Source: Tolypothrix carrinoi HA7290-LM1
GTDB lineage: Bacteria > Cyanobacteriota > Cyanobacteriia > Cyanobacteriales > Nostocaceae
Assembly: GCA_019358935.1 (NCBI GenBank)
Contig: JAHHIK010000067.1
Span: 1 to 47,209 of the forward strand
Length of the DNA stretch: 47,209 nucleotides
Direction: 5' to 3'
Part shown: piece after piece, positions 1 to 10,268 of the stretch
Layout: each line of letters starts with the position of its first letter
Position numbering within the stretch: position 1 is the stretch's first letter
Translations under genes and position numbers: made by a program
The notes under the pieces: model-generated
What the model was told of the DNA's origin: nothing
The model's database searches: none
What the model saw: the letters and a program-made list of their open reading frames with translations, nothing else

Positions 1-126
1 ACGAGTTAAAAACTAGGGTAGTGAAAATTCTGGAAGCGCTGACTGTTGATGTCATCACTTCTTTGGCAGCTTGGGATTACATTATCCAAGCATTATCTGT
101 AGCAGGTATTTAACAAAATGGTATTA
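1..126 (+). mobile_element. Right end of an IS630-family-like element: transposase C-terminus plus terminal inverted repeat
   Basis: Frame from position 3 reads ELKTRVVKILEALTVDVITSLAAWDYIIQALSVAGI*, resembling cyanobacterial IS630-type transposase tails. It is followed by CAAAATGGTATTA, exactly where the intron RT homology on the minus strand stops. Confidence 0.6.
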
Positions 127-1092
127 GTTACGTCTTCTTGTGGTCGAAGTATTATCACCATGTCGCCCTGATATCTTACGCTGGTTTGCGTTTTCCTGCC
201 TTGGTTGTCTTTTGATGAGTGAACTTCTTCAATCCCGTTGAGAGCGATGTTAGCGATCGCGTGGACTTACCACCCCACCTTGAGGAGTTCCTTGTTCTGG
301 AAATTCAGGATTCACCCCGGCTTTTAAACATCGGAATATCCCTACCTTAATGCCCCTTCGGGCAATAAGGTTTTTCATTATTGTGGTATGGTTAATCAGG
401 CGCAAGCACTTCTCAATATCGAGTTCTATAACTCGTTTATTGATTCCATTTGCATTGGACTTTAGGTTTATCTGTAGGATTTTCTGAGCATCAGGTGCCG
501 AGCGTCCCGGACGAAATCCATAACTCATGGAGTGGAATAGTGCCTCGTGCGCTGGATAAGAGTGCGTCGGATTGCTCTTGCATTGCCAAGAAAGGTCCGC
601 AATAGTTGGGATTTTAAGCATCCGGGTACTCCCGTCCTTTTAGGAATGGGGTTTCACTCATGTTAGACAAAAATGGACAGCCTTGTTTACTAGATCCTCG
701 ATACCCCACGACATTTTACAGATGTTGGCTGTCCAATGAGTGTCCAGGTTCAGTCCAAGGGATACTTCGTAACTTTTGATGTTTCCAGTTGTTACTGAAT
801 GCCTTCAGCAATTCCTCTAGTCCAAAACGTTCCTTAAAAGTAAGGGATTTTTTGCCACCTTTGGGAGTGCTGTCTTCTTCCCAGCGTAAAGCTTGTGTTA
901 CTTGACGAATAGCCAATAATCTAGCCACACGGGATTTGAGAATAAGCTTTTGAAGAAACATCCCCGAATCGCTTGTTACCTTCTTGAATTGCTTTAAACG
1001 ATCGCTTTTGTAGGCAAAATAAGTCGCGCCGGAATTTCTTCCAGTTGAGATTTTCCCAAGATTCACGCTTTTCCGTAACTGTGTCCAATCAT
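127..1092 (-). pseudogene. Group II intron RT/maturase, frameshifted
   Basis: Motifs LQKLILKS..ARLLAIRQVTQ, SYGFRPGRSA, ELDIEKC, GTPQGGVVSP. YADD is changed to YQGD at 162-173. Multiple frameshifts. Confidence 0.9.
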
Positions 1093-1465
1093 GCTCTAAC
1101 TCTAGTAAGTGTTTTTTGAATACCTTGCAGCAAATGGAGCCGCATCCTACCCGATATCATTGGAATTCCGTATCTCGTCTTACCTACAAAGGGGTTCGAC
1201 CTTTTCCAAGACCTTTGGTTCGTTTTTATTCGTTCCCTCGGTTAGATTGTTCGTTCCGCTCTTGTGGAGCCATTTCGACCATTGGAACCCCTGGACTCTT
1301 GCCGCTATTTACAGGATATGCGGCGAGATTGTCTCCAATGAAGTCGGGGTTTTATGTTGTGCCCCGCTCAGTCATAGGTCGCTTTTCACCATAGAAACCC
1401 CCTGGCGATCGCCAGTGTCATCTCACAACAGATGTCTGATTGCGCCGAGTTAAGAGCTTTACCCT

Positions 1466-3173
1466 GTCGGGTAAGGTTCGAGCGTCACCGCTCTCCCCTC
1501 CCCTAAGAACGCAGCATGAGACTTTCGCACTCACTGCGCTCAAGCCTTACATAAGCGCGAGTTGCCTTGGATTTTGTGTGTACCTGCTTATGACACGAAG
1601 AGTGTAGATGCGCTTATGTTTTTTACGTCGTCAAGTCCACCTTGAGCAACAGGTACGATGTGATGGGTTTCTATTTCCTCTCCATTGAATAATGGTTCAC
1701 CACAGGTACATTTCCAGTTTTGGTTTTGAGCGATTTTATAATTCCGAGAGTTTTTCTCCCAGTAGCTCTTACCATATTTTTGGTGGCGTTTTTCCCAATA
1801 TTCTTTGAGAGAGGGGTCATCCGGTGACGCTTCCCCTTTAACCTTTACATGGCGTTCGATGGGCGTGTACGCTATCGGGTATAGGTAAAAATCCTTTTCT
1901 TTCCCTTGGCGGTCGCTAATTGTGGTAGCGAACGTCCATTTATTGCCATTTATGGTTTTGAAGTAACGTTTCCGAACCCATTTTTTGTTTTTGTTGGGGT
2001 GTCTACGCGAGGCCCAACACCAAAGATATCTCCATAATCTTGAGGAGATGTAACTAAAGGTTTCTTTGCTGACTACTCCTTTGTAGTAGTTGGCAAAACC
2101 TCGGAAAATCGGATTCAGTCTTTTAATGACTAACTCTTGTTCACACCCATTCATTGCTTTAATTTCTTTCCCAATTCGCTTACAAAAGTCTAAGACTTTC
2201 TTCTTCGAGGGTTTGATGAGCAATTTGCCATTGTAATTTTGATGGTTGAAGCCGAGGAAGTCGAAACCATCTTCCATTGACGTGATTAATGTCTTCTTTG
2301 CGCACTCGATTCAAACCTCTTTCTGACAACCATTGCTGAATCTGGATTTGGGCGTTTTCGAGACTTTCCTCATCTCTAGCAGTGACGATAAAGTCATAGC
2401 GCGTATATAACCACGCCAAGTTTGGGATTGGTAGTTTTAATAAATGTTTCTAAGCCATGCAATCCGATATTGGCGAGGAGCGGGGAACAAACCCCTCCTT
2501 GTGGTGTGCCTGTCTTTGTCGGGTTATACTTCCCTTCAAAGATGAATCCAGCTTTTAACCATCCTTTGATTAGGTTTTTCTTTGGGAAGTTTCCTAACTG
2601 TTTAAGGATAGATTCATGGGCAATGTTATCGAAGAATCCTTGAATATCCGCTTCTAGAACCCAAGTGTCTCTGTCACCCTTGACTAGAGATGAAGTTTTG
2701 GGCGATAGCATCAAGACAACTTCTTCCACATCTGAAGCCATAGGAATTTGCTTCAAACACAGCTTCCCATTCGGGATAAGAGTGAATTAACTATCATTGC
2801 CTGTTCGATTCTGTCACGCACAGTTGGGATACAAGCGCGGTCGAAACTTACCGTTGGCTTTAGGTATCATCACCCGTTTAGTAGGGTTTTGATTACCGCC
2901 ATTCCAGTTATTTACCAGATTCACTCGCTGCTCTGGGGTATTGATAATTTCTTTATCAATTCCTGCCGTTGCTTTACCTTGATTTGTCTTTTGGATTTTC
3001 CGAACAGATAACAATCGGACTAAACGACCATTTCAGGTCGCGCGGGCAGGTAGGGAGTCATGCCTGAGTCTTTTAGAAGGGACTTGCACCCTTATCAGAC
3101 CGAGAGTTCAGCCTTGTGGCTGGAAGCCTTATGTACGGGCTTTCACCGTGATTCACCAATCAACGAATCGCAC
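1466..3173 (-). mobile_element. Inner group II intron, internally deleted
   Basis: 5' end GTGCGATTCGTT at 3173. Domain V-like GAGCGCAGTGAG..GAAAGTCTCATGCTGCGTTC, and domain VI ending CCCGAC at 1466. Only about 160 nt lie between the 5' end and RT domain 0. Confidence 0.85.
1588..3014 (-). pseudogene. Group II intron RT-maturase-HNH protein, frameshifted
   Basis: Split ORFs carry NQGKATAGID, WVLEADIQGFFDNI, GTPQGGVCSPLLANIGL, GFDFLGF, the maturase X region and an HNH motif (ETHHIVP). Frameshift at YADD (about 2395-2405). Confidence 0.92.
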
Positions 3174-3272
3174 CCTGTAATCAGGTCGGTGTGTGGAGTG
3201 TGTCACAAGAAAGGGATTTAGTCGCCCGGTCAGAATTTATAGATATATCTAAATTAATGCGTCGTGTTTTCT

Positions 3273-4259
3273 ATGCAAATTTATCATTCCCGCACAGTTA
3301 CTTATAGCCCTGCTTATACAATTGTTCCGACATACGAGTGCTTTAATCGCTGTACCTACTGCAACTTTCGGACAGATTCGGGCAAAAGTCCCTGGATGAC
3401 TGTATCAGCCGCAGAAAATCTTTTAAAACAGCTTCAAAGCAAAGGTGTCTGTGAAATTTTGATACTCAGTGGTGAAGTGCATCCCTCTTCGTCGCGGCGT
3501 CAAGCCTGGTTTCAGCGGATTTATGATTTATGTAAATTGGCACTTTCAATGGGGTTTCTGCCGCATACCAATGCCGGAGTGCTGAGTTATGAAGAAATGC
3601 AAAAATTAAAGACAGTTAATGTATCTATGGGGTTGATGTTAGAGCAATTAAATCCAGTATTGTTAAATACAGTACATAAATACGCACCAAGTAAAGTCCC
3701 AGAAGTGCGGTTGCAACAATTAGAGTGGGCAGGTAAGTTGCAAATTCCTTTTACAACAGGGTTACTACTGGGAATAGGGGAAACTGAGGATGATTGGTGG
3801 GAAACATTAGAAGCTATAACTCGCCTGCATCAGCGTTACCATCACATTCAAGAAGTCATCTTGCAACCTCATAGTCCTGGATATCAGCAAACGTTTGATG
3901 CACCTGGTTTAGTTCTGTATAAATTACCAGAAGTCGTTTTTAAGGCACGTCAAATTCTCCCGCCAGATATTACCATTCAAATTCCACCGAATTTAGTCAA
4001 AGATGACCGATGGTTACTCGCTTGTATGAAAGCTGGTGCAAGGGATTTAGGGGGAATTGGACCAAAAGATGAAGTCAATCCCGATTATCTGCATCTTCAA
4101 GTGGAGGCGTTGCAAGAAATTTTACAGCACGCTGGCTGGCAAGTTGTGCCGAGGTTGCCAATTTATCCGCAGTTTGATGATTGGTTATCGGTGGAATTGC
4201 TTTCCTCGGTGAAGCAATGGCGGACTGTCGCCTATAAGCTACAAGAAGACAGTCTATAA
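3273..4259 (+). CDS. cofG: FO synthase subunit 1 (radical SAM)
   Basis: VTYSPAYTIVPTYECFNRCTYCNF radical SAM motif; PHTNAG, SMGLMLE and IPFTTGLLLGIGE. Confidence 0.9.
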   Translation: MQIYHSRTVTYSPAYTIVPTYECFNRCTYCNFRTDSGKSPWMTVSAAENLLKQLQSKGVCEILILSGEVHPSSSRRQAWFQRIYDLCKLALSMGFLPHTNAGVLSYEEMQKLKTVNVSMGLMLEQLNPVLLNTVHKYAPSKVPEVRLQQLEWAGKLQIPFTTGLLLGIGETEDDWWETLEAITRLHQRYHHIQEVILQPHSPGYQQTFDAPGLVLYKLPEVVFKARQILPPDITIQIPPNLVKDDRWLLACMKAGARDLGGIGPKDEVNPDYLHLQVEALQEILQHAGWQVVPRLPIYPQFDDWLSVELLSSVKQWRTVAYKLQEDSL

Positions 4260-4269
4260 GGTAAGCTCA

Positions 4270-4355
4270 TAGCATTTTGGATTTTGGATTGTGAAATCCT
4301 GATTGCGTAAGAGTTTCAACAATCCATTTTCAAGATTCTTTTTTCATGCTTGGTA
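4270..4355. mobile_element. 86-bp MITE with TA(G/C)CA..TGGTA termini and a TCA target duplication
   Basis: TCA flanks both sides; shares GTTTCAACAATCCATTT and the terminal motifs with the element at 19360-19437. Confidence 0.6.
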
Positions 4356-4616
4356 TCAGAACTGGATTTTAAAACAAAAGTGGGCGTTGTCTCTTGACTC
4401 GCCGATACCGCGTCTAGGGCTAAAATATGATTTTTGATTATAATGGTACGTTTTTATTATTTATACAAATACAGCAAAATCTCAAAGATGCATTCGATAC
4501 TTGAATACAATTTTTATCCCAGTCGCAGTTTAAGAAATAAAACGAATTATGAGAATTGCTGATTGACACGTACAATCATTGAGGCTGAGTAGTGGTAGTC
4601 ATAACGAAGTAATCAG

Positions 4617-4708
4617 GCGATGTCTGACGACAAGCCCTTCGGGTTCGGGAGTTCGCAATCGACGGGAACCGCCAAGACTGCGACTCCCTCACCGCTCCGC
4701 GTCTACGC
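4617..4708. repeat. Short dispersed repeat inserted in a HIP1 site, containing a nested hairpin repeat (4635-4693)
   Basis: GCGAT[GTCTGACGACAAG..GCTCCGCGTCTA]CGC. The inner CCCTTCGGGTTCG..TCACC element recurs at 7747-7805. Confidence 0.6.
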
Positions 4709-4907
4709 TTAACTGAAGCTAAATCTCAATTGCAATTAAATATTTTTAACTTATTTTCTCTCACTTCTTTGGTTTGCACTTCTTTGACTCGACAAATTTC
4801 TCTTTTTTTCAACTACATACTCCAAAAAATGCCTCATCTGTGGCAATCTGGGAAACAGAGATTTTTTCATCTGATATTTTAGCTACAGCAAATTTACCTA
4901 AGAGGTT

Positions 4908-6134
4908 ATGCAAACCTTACCAACACTTACTACTTCAAACACCGCATCCAGTCAAGCCACTTTTGACACAACTATTAAACGGCGCAAAACCCGTCCTGTG
5001 AGAGTTGGCAATGTCACTATTGGGGGCGGCTTCCCCGTGGTAGTGCAGTCGATGATTAATGAAGATACACTTGATATTGATGGTTCTGTAGCAGCAATTC
5101 GGCGTTTGCACGAAATTGGCTGTGAAATTGTCCGAGTCACAGTACCAAGTATGGCTCATGCGAAAGCATTGGCAGAAATTAAACAAAAATTAATTAAAAC
5201 TTACCAAGACGTACCCATTGTTGCTGATGTGCATCACAATGGCATGAAAATTGCCTTGGAAGTCGCCAAACACATAGAAAAAGTCCGGATTAATCCTGGT
5301 TTATATGTGTTTGAAAAGCCAAATGCGAATAGAAGCGAATTCTCCAAAACGGAATTTGATGAAATCGGCGAAAAAGTCCGCGAAACTTTAGAACCTCTAG
5401 TAGTTTCTTTGCGCGACCAAGGTAAATCAATGCGAATCGGCGTAAATCACGGTTCCCTTGCCGAAAGGATGCTATTTACCTACGGCGACACGCCAGAAGG
5501 AATGGTAGAATCTGCTTTGGAATTCATTCGCATCTGTGAATCTTTGGATTTTCATAATTTGGTTATTTCCATGAAAGCTTCACGAGTGCCGGTGATGGTA
5601 GCCGCATATCGCTTGATGGCAAAGCGGATGGACGAATTCGGTATGGATTATCCTTTACATTTGGGCGTGACAGAAGCTGGTGATGGCGAATACGGACGGA
5701 TTAAGTCCACTGCGGGTATTGCCACCTTGCTAGCTGATGGCATTGGCGATACAATTCGCGTCTCTCTAACTGAAGCACCAGAAAAAGAGATTCCCGTCTG
5801 TTACAGCATTTTGCAAGCTTTAGGATTGCGAAAGACGATGGTGGAGTACGTCGCGTGTCCTTCTTGCGGACGTACTTTGTTTAATTTAGAAGAAGTGCTG
5901 CACAAAGTCCGGGAAGCAACAAAACACCTCACTGGGCTAGATATTGCTGTTATGGGTTGCATTGTCAATGGTCTGGGAGAAATGGCTGATGCTGACTATG
6001 GTTATGTCGGCAAGACTCCTGGATATATTTCTCTCTATCGAGGGAGAGAAGAAATCAAAAAAGTACCAGAAGATAAAGGTGTAGAGGAGTTAATTAATTT
6101 GATTAAAGCAGACGATCGCTGGGTAGAACCGTAA
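4908..6134 (+). CDS. ispG: (E)-4-hydroxy-3-methylbut-2-enyl-diphosphate synthase
   Basis: [43 protein letters not shown] and AVMGCIVNG motifs. Confidence 0.97.
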   Translation: MQTLPTLTTSNTASSQATFDTTIKRRKTRPVRVGNVTIGGGFPVVVQSMINEDTLDIDGSVAAIRRLHEIGCEIVRVTVPSMAHAKALAEIKQKLIKTYQDVPIVADVHHNGMKIALEVAKHIEKVRINPGLYVFEKPNANRSEFSKTEFDEIGEKVRETLEPLVVSLRDQGKSMRIGVNHGSLAERMLFTYGDTPEGMVESALEFIRICESLDFHNLVISMKASRVPVMVAAYRLMAKRMDEFGMDYPLHLGVTEAGDGEYGRIKSTAGIATLLADGIGDTIRVSLTEAPEKEIPVCYSILQALGLRKTMVEYVACPSCGRTLFNLEEVLHKVREATKHLTGLDIAVMGCIVNGLGEMADADYGYVGKTPGYISLYRGREEIKKVPEDKGVEELINLIKADDRWVEP

Positions 6135-6360
6135 ATAAATTAGAGGCTAGGGACGTTTGGGCGCTTGGGCTAGTTGAAACAAATTCTTAAATGCTAATCC
6201 TAGTTACCAGTCAAGCGTCCAAGCGTCCCCAATCGCCAGAAAAACCGGATTGCAAATCATTTTTCTGAAATAAGAATACATGCCTGGTCTTTACGGTGAT
6301 ACCCTGTGTTAGATTGAGCATACTGAATATATTTTTTCCTTAGCCTTTGCAGCTGTCATT

Positions 6361-7644
6361 ATGGTGATTACAAGAAATGGACTTGTTTTGGGTGCTACGG
6401 CAGTAACGTTAACCACAATTGCTGTTACTAGTCTTGGCATTCACTCCCAAGGACAGGCTTTATTTAAAGAAAGTCCCAAAGAATTGGTAGACGAGGTTTG
6501 GCAAATTGTTCAACGCCAATACGTAGACGGTACTTTTAATAAGTTAGATTGGCAGGCTGTTCGTCGTGAGTACTTGAGCAAGTCCTACACCAACAAGCAA
6601 GAAGCTTACAAATCCATCCGGGAAATGCTGAAAAAGCTGGATGATCCTTACACCCGGTTTATGGACCCTGAGGAGTTCAAGAATATGCAAGTGGACACCT
6701 CTGGCGAATTGATAGGCATAGGCATCACAATTAGTCAAGATGAAAAAACGAAACAGCTGGTTGTAATTGCTCCGATTGAGGATACACCGGCTTTTAAGGC
6801 TGGAATTCTGGCAAAGGACAAGATCCTCAAAATTGACGGTAAATCGACTAAGGGAATGGATACCACTCAGGCAGTATCCTTAATTCGTGGTGAACCAAAT
6901 ACTACCGTAAGTTTAACTGTTGATCGTAACGGTCAACAAAAAGATTTTCAAATTAAACGCGCACGGATTGAAATCCATCCTGTGAAGTATTCCCAAAAGC
7001 AAACACCAGCAGGGAACACCGGATACATTCGCTTAAACCAGTTCAGCGCTAATGCGGCTAAGGAAATGCAAACCGCAATTAAAGATTTAGAAAGCAAAAA
7101 GGTTGCGGGCTATGTTCTGGATCTGCGCGGAAACCCAGGTGGTTTATTATTCGCTAGTGTGGACATTGCCCGAATGTTTATAAATAGCGGTACGATTGTC
7201 TCAACTATTCCTCGCCAAGGTCAGGCAGAAAAAGAAGTGGCAAACGGACGCGCTTTGACAAATAAACCGCTGGTGGTGTTGGTAGATAAAGGTTCCGCTA
7301 GTGCTAGTGAAATCCTCTCCGGCGCGTTGCAGGATAATAAGCGTGCTGTTATAGTTGGTACTCAAACCTTTGGTAAAGGTTTGGTACAATCGGTGCGCCC
7401 TCTAGACGATGGTTCAGGATTAGCAGTAACGATCGCAAAATATCATACCCCACTTGGCAAAGATATTAATAAGCATGGAATAGACCCAGATGTCAAGGTA
7501 GATTTGACTGATGCCCAAAAACAAGAGTTATGGCTGCGCGATCGCGATAAACTTGCGACACTAGCAGATCCGCAATTCGCTAAAGCAGTGGAAGTTTTGG
7601 GTAAAGAAATTGCTGGAAAAGGTACTACAAGGGCAGAAAAATGA
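6361..7644 (+). CDS. ctpC: Carboxyl-terminal processing protease (S41, PDZ domain)
   Basis: DPYTRF, GIGI (PDZ), DLRGNPGG, SASASEI, TFGKG. Paralog letter inferred from the N-terminus and linkage to ispG. Confidence 0.85.
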   Translation: MVITRNGLVLGATAVTLTTIAVTSLGIHSQGQALFKESPKELVDEVWQIVQRQYVDGTFNKLDWQAVRREYLSKSYTNKQEAYKSIREMLKKLDDPYTRFMDPEEFKNMQVDTSGELIGIGITISQDEKTKQLVVIAPIEDTPAFKAGILAKDKILKIDGKSTKGMDTTQAVSLIRGEPNTTVSLTVDRNGQQKDFQIKRARIEIHPVKYSQKQTPAGNTGYIRLNQFSANAAKEMQTAIKDLESKKVAGYVLDLRGNPGGLLFASVDIARMFINSGTIVSTIPRQGQAEKEVANGRALTNKPLVVLVDKGSASASEILSGALQDNKRAVIVGTQTFGKGLVQSVRPLDDGSGLAVTIAKYHTPLGKDINKHGIDPDVKVDLTDAQKQELWLRDRDKLATLADPQFAKAVEVLGKEIAGKGTTRAEK

Positions 7645-7728
7645 AATGGGTAATGGGTAATGGGTAATGGGTAATGGGTAATGGGTAATGGGTAATGGGT
7701 AATGGGTAATGGGTAATGGGTAATGGGT
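7645..7728. repeat. STRR heptamer array (TAATGGG)n
   Basis: About 12 tandem copies directly after the ctpC stop. Confidence 0.95.
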
Positions 7729-7746
7729 AAAAAAATCTTACTTTTG

Positions 7747-7805
7747 CCCTTCGGGTTCGCCACTTGCTTACTGCTGTGGAAACCCGTCCACCGCAGTGGC
7801 TCACC
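7747..7805. repeat. Short hairpin-forming dispersed repeat
   Basis: Same termini as 4635-4693 (CCCTTCGGGTTCG..TCACC). Confidence 0.6.
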
Positions 7806-7827
7806 TTTTTACTTTTTACTTTTAGCT

Positions 7828-8016
7828 TTACACGGGTTGACATTTGCCTGAGCGAATCAGTCCGACGCGACGGGCGATCGCTTCTCCTTCTGATGTAAAG
7901 GGTCCCCATTGTTCTATAATTTCTGGATTATCGTCTTCGGTTACTTCAAGGCTTGGGACGATTTCGCAATTTCCGGCAGGGCGCTTGACTATATGCCAAG
8001 ATTGTGCATTATTCAT
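7828..8016 (-). CDS. Small conserved cyanobacterial hypothetical protein
   Basis: W.IVK...G.CEI and WGPF.S..EAIARRVGLIRSGKCQP pattern. Confidence 0.75.
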   Translation of the reverse strand: MNNAQSWHIVKRPAGNCEIVPSLEVTEDDNPEIIEQWGPFTSEGEAIARRVGLIRSGKCQPV

Positions 8017-8132
8017 ACTTGATATAGAATTTTGTTTGTTACAGGAAAGATTTTACGGCATCCTGAAAGCATCTCCACGCTTATAAAGTAGATTGCTAGG
8101 ATAAGCAGTAAGAATCTTGTCTTTGTGATGTT

Positions 8133-8918
8133 ATGCCTTCACCGTTTCCAGGGATGAACCCTTACCTAGAAAATCCTGAACTGTGGTCAGAGTGTCATCA
8201 TTGGATGATTACAGCGATCGCAGAGTTTTTAGTTCCTCAACTGCGACCAAAATACCGAGTAGCGGTTGAAAAACGAGTATATCAAATGACAGATGATAAT
8301 TCTATTCTAGTTGGTATCCCTGATGTGGTTGTCGGACGTTCTTTAACAACTACAGAAAAAAAATTATCTAATATTGCAGTCGCTTCACCACCTGCAAAAC
8401 CAGTGATTGTCAACCTTCCTATGTTAGAGGAAGTGCGGGAAGGATATCTAGAAGTGCGGGAAGTCGGAACAGGAGAAGTTGTGACAGCGATTGAGATTCT
8501 TTCACCAAAAAATAAGCGTTCAAAACAAGGAAGAAAAGCTTACGAAAGCAAGCGTCAGCAGGTATTAAATAGTTTGACTCATCTGGTAGAAATTGACTTG
8601 CTGCGTAGCGGTGAACCTATGCCCATTTTGGGTAATCAAATTCAATCAGACTATCGCATTTTGGTAAGTCGCAGCGAATCTCGTCCGAAAGCAGAATTAT
8701 ACCCTTTTGGATTGCAAGAGAAAATTCCAGCTTTTTTGTTACCGCTACATCGAGGTGATACAGAACCATTAGTAGACTTGCAAGCGGTGATACACGGTGT
8801 ATACGATCGCGCTGGATTTGATTTGGCTATAGATTATACCCGCGAACCTGTTCCATCCCTTGCGGAAGCTGATGTTGCTTGGGCTAATGCATTGTTACAA
8901 CAGCAAGAATTACGTTAA
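8133..8918 (+). CDS. DUF4058 family protein (restriction endonuclease-like)
   Basis: MPSPFPGMNPYLE start; IEILSPKNK and HLVEIDLLRSG. Confidence 0.9.
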   Translation: MPSPFPGMNPYLENPELWSECHHWMITAIAEFLVPQLRPKYRVAVEKRVYQMTDDNSILVGIPDVVVGRSLTTTEKKLSNIAVASPPAKPVIVNLPMLEEVREGYLEVREVGTGEVVTAIEILSPKNKRSKQGRKAYESKRQQVLNSLTHLVEIDLLRSGEPMPILGNQIQSDYRILVSRSESRPKAELYPFGLQEKIPAFLLPLHRGDTEPLVDLQAVIHGVYDRAGFDLAIDYTREPVPSLAEADVAWANALLQQQELR

Positions 8919-9479
8919 GTTTTTAACCCACTGCCGAAATGCCCTCAGTGTTGGACTTCTGCCTACAGTTCGGCTTTGTTCGATAAACTGAGGAATTGCT
9001 GACAAAATAGGCAACTTAGGAAAAGCTGGGCTAATTTCCGACTGTATATATTTACCATTCTGAAGAATATTAATTTGTAGCTTACCATCTTCATATCGCC
9101 ACAATTCAGGGACTCCTAATGCTTCGTAAGCATTTAGTTGAGTTTTGGAAGTAACATCAACTTCAATCGCTAAATCGGGTGGTGGGTCAATACTCAAGTC
9201 GATTCGCTCTTTACCAATCATTAAAGCATGATTTTGAATATAGAAAGAATCATCAGGTTCAACACCACCAGCCATATCTTCACGTTTAAAGGTGGTTGAG
9301 CCAAATGACTCACAGTCAATTTCTAACTCCTCTAGCAAGATTTTTACTAAGTCACCAATAATGACTTTAGCTTTTTCATGCTTGAGTAATGGCATTCTTA
9401 TCTCCAAAGTTCCCTGGCTATAAGCTAAACGTGCGGCTCGATGGTCGCCAAGTTCTTCTATAATTGCCTCAAATTCCTG
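8910..9479 (-). pseudogene. Uma2-family endonuclease, 5'-truncated
   Basis: QEFEAIIEELGDHRAARLAYSQGTLEIRMP, EPDDSFYI, PPDLAIEVD, GVPELWRY. The N-terminus is replaced by the SMI1/KNR4 fragment. Confidence 0.8.
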
Positions 9480-9783
9480 ATCGTAAAGTTATGTATTCGT
9501 CCGTACCTTCACCATAATTAAATGTATCTTGGTCGAAGTTTATAACATCTTCTAATGGTAAGAATGCCATTGATGGATAGAATAAAATATTTTGTCTTTC
9601 TCTAGTTCCATTTCTCCATCGATACAGTTCATAGTATTCTCCAGGTAACTGAAATGGGAAATGTTTAGTGATTTCTTCAATTTGCTCATTAGTTCAACCT
9701 GGTAAAAAAGACGCAGCAAACTCAGGTTGATTTTGCTGTAACCAATGCATAATCATGTTTAATGCTTCTGCTAGTTGCGACAT
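9480..9783 (-). pseudogene. SMI1/KNR4-family immunity protein fragment
   Basis: MSQLAEALNMIMHWLQQNQPEFAASFLPG*TNEQIEE..PFQLPGEYYELYRWRNG, with an in-frame TGA and a 3' truncation. Confidence 0.7.
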
Positions 9784-9844
9784 TTCATTTATATTTACGA
9801 CTTTCAGCTAACAGTTATAGCTTAAGTTTATATAAACCAACACC

Positions 9845-9975
9845 TGTGGAAATTCATCACTTTGGATTTTGGGACGCGCAAATTTGGGCAACAGCGCGAC
9901 TTAACCAAATTGAAGAAGTTTATAGTGAAGACTTTGCATCGGGTGCTACAGTTGAAGGCGTCCGGTTTACGAATC
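9845..9975 (+). pseudogene. PIN-domain (VapC-like) toxin C-terminal fragment
   Basis: FGFWDAQIWATARL..VYSEDFASGATVEGVRFTN; the N-terminal half is missing. Confidence 0.7.
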
Positions 9976-10067
9976 ATGAGTGCAGAAAACTTGTAGTCAA
10001 GGGACTTCCAAGGAGCGATCGCGTGGTTGCGCTAAAATGTACACCATAACAGTGCAATCGATTTGTC

Positions 10068-10268
10068 ATGAAAATTAAGGCGGTTATCTGGCAAGAAGAC
10101 GGTATATGGTGTGCTTCTGTACCTGCCTTACCAGGATGTCATACATGGGGAGAAAGCTACGAACACTTGTTAGAGATGCTTAAAGATGCGATCCAGGGTT
10201 GGCTTGAAGTTGCTAGCCAAAAGGAGGAACTTGAAGCCGAAGATAACAGCAGAGGTACGGTGCAATGA
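10068..10268 (+). CDS. HicB-family antitoxin
   Basis: WCASVPALPGCHTWGESYEHLLEMLKDAIQGWL; no adjacent hicA. Confidence 0.85.
   Translation: MKIKAVIWQEDGIWCASVPALPGCHTWGESYEHLLEMLKDAIQGWLEVASQKEELEAEDNSRGTVQ

Larger units (their letters stand above)
127..3227 (-). mobile_element. Outer group II intron (decayed), interrupted by a second intron and truncated by the IS630-like element
   Basis: RT fragments at 127-1092 and about 370 nt of noncoding leader at 1093-1465. Putative 5' end GGGCGAC at 3227; the 3174-3227 segment base-pairs with sequence just past 1465 (CTGATT/AATCAG). Confidence 0.65.
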
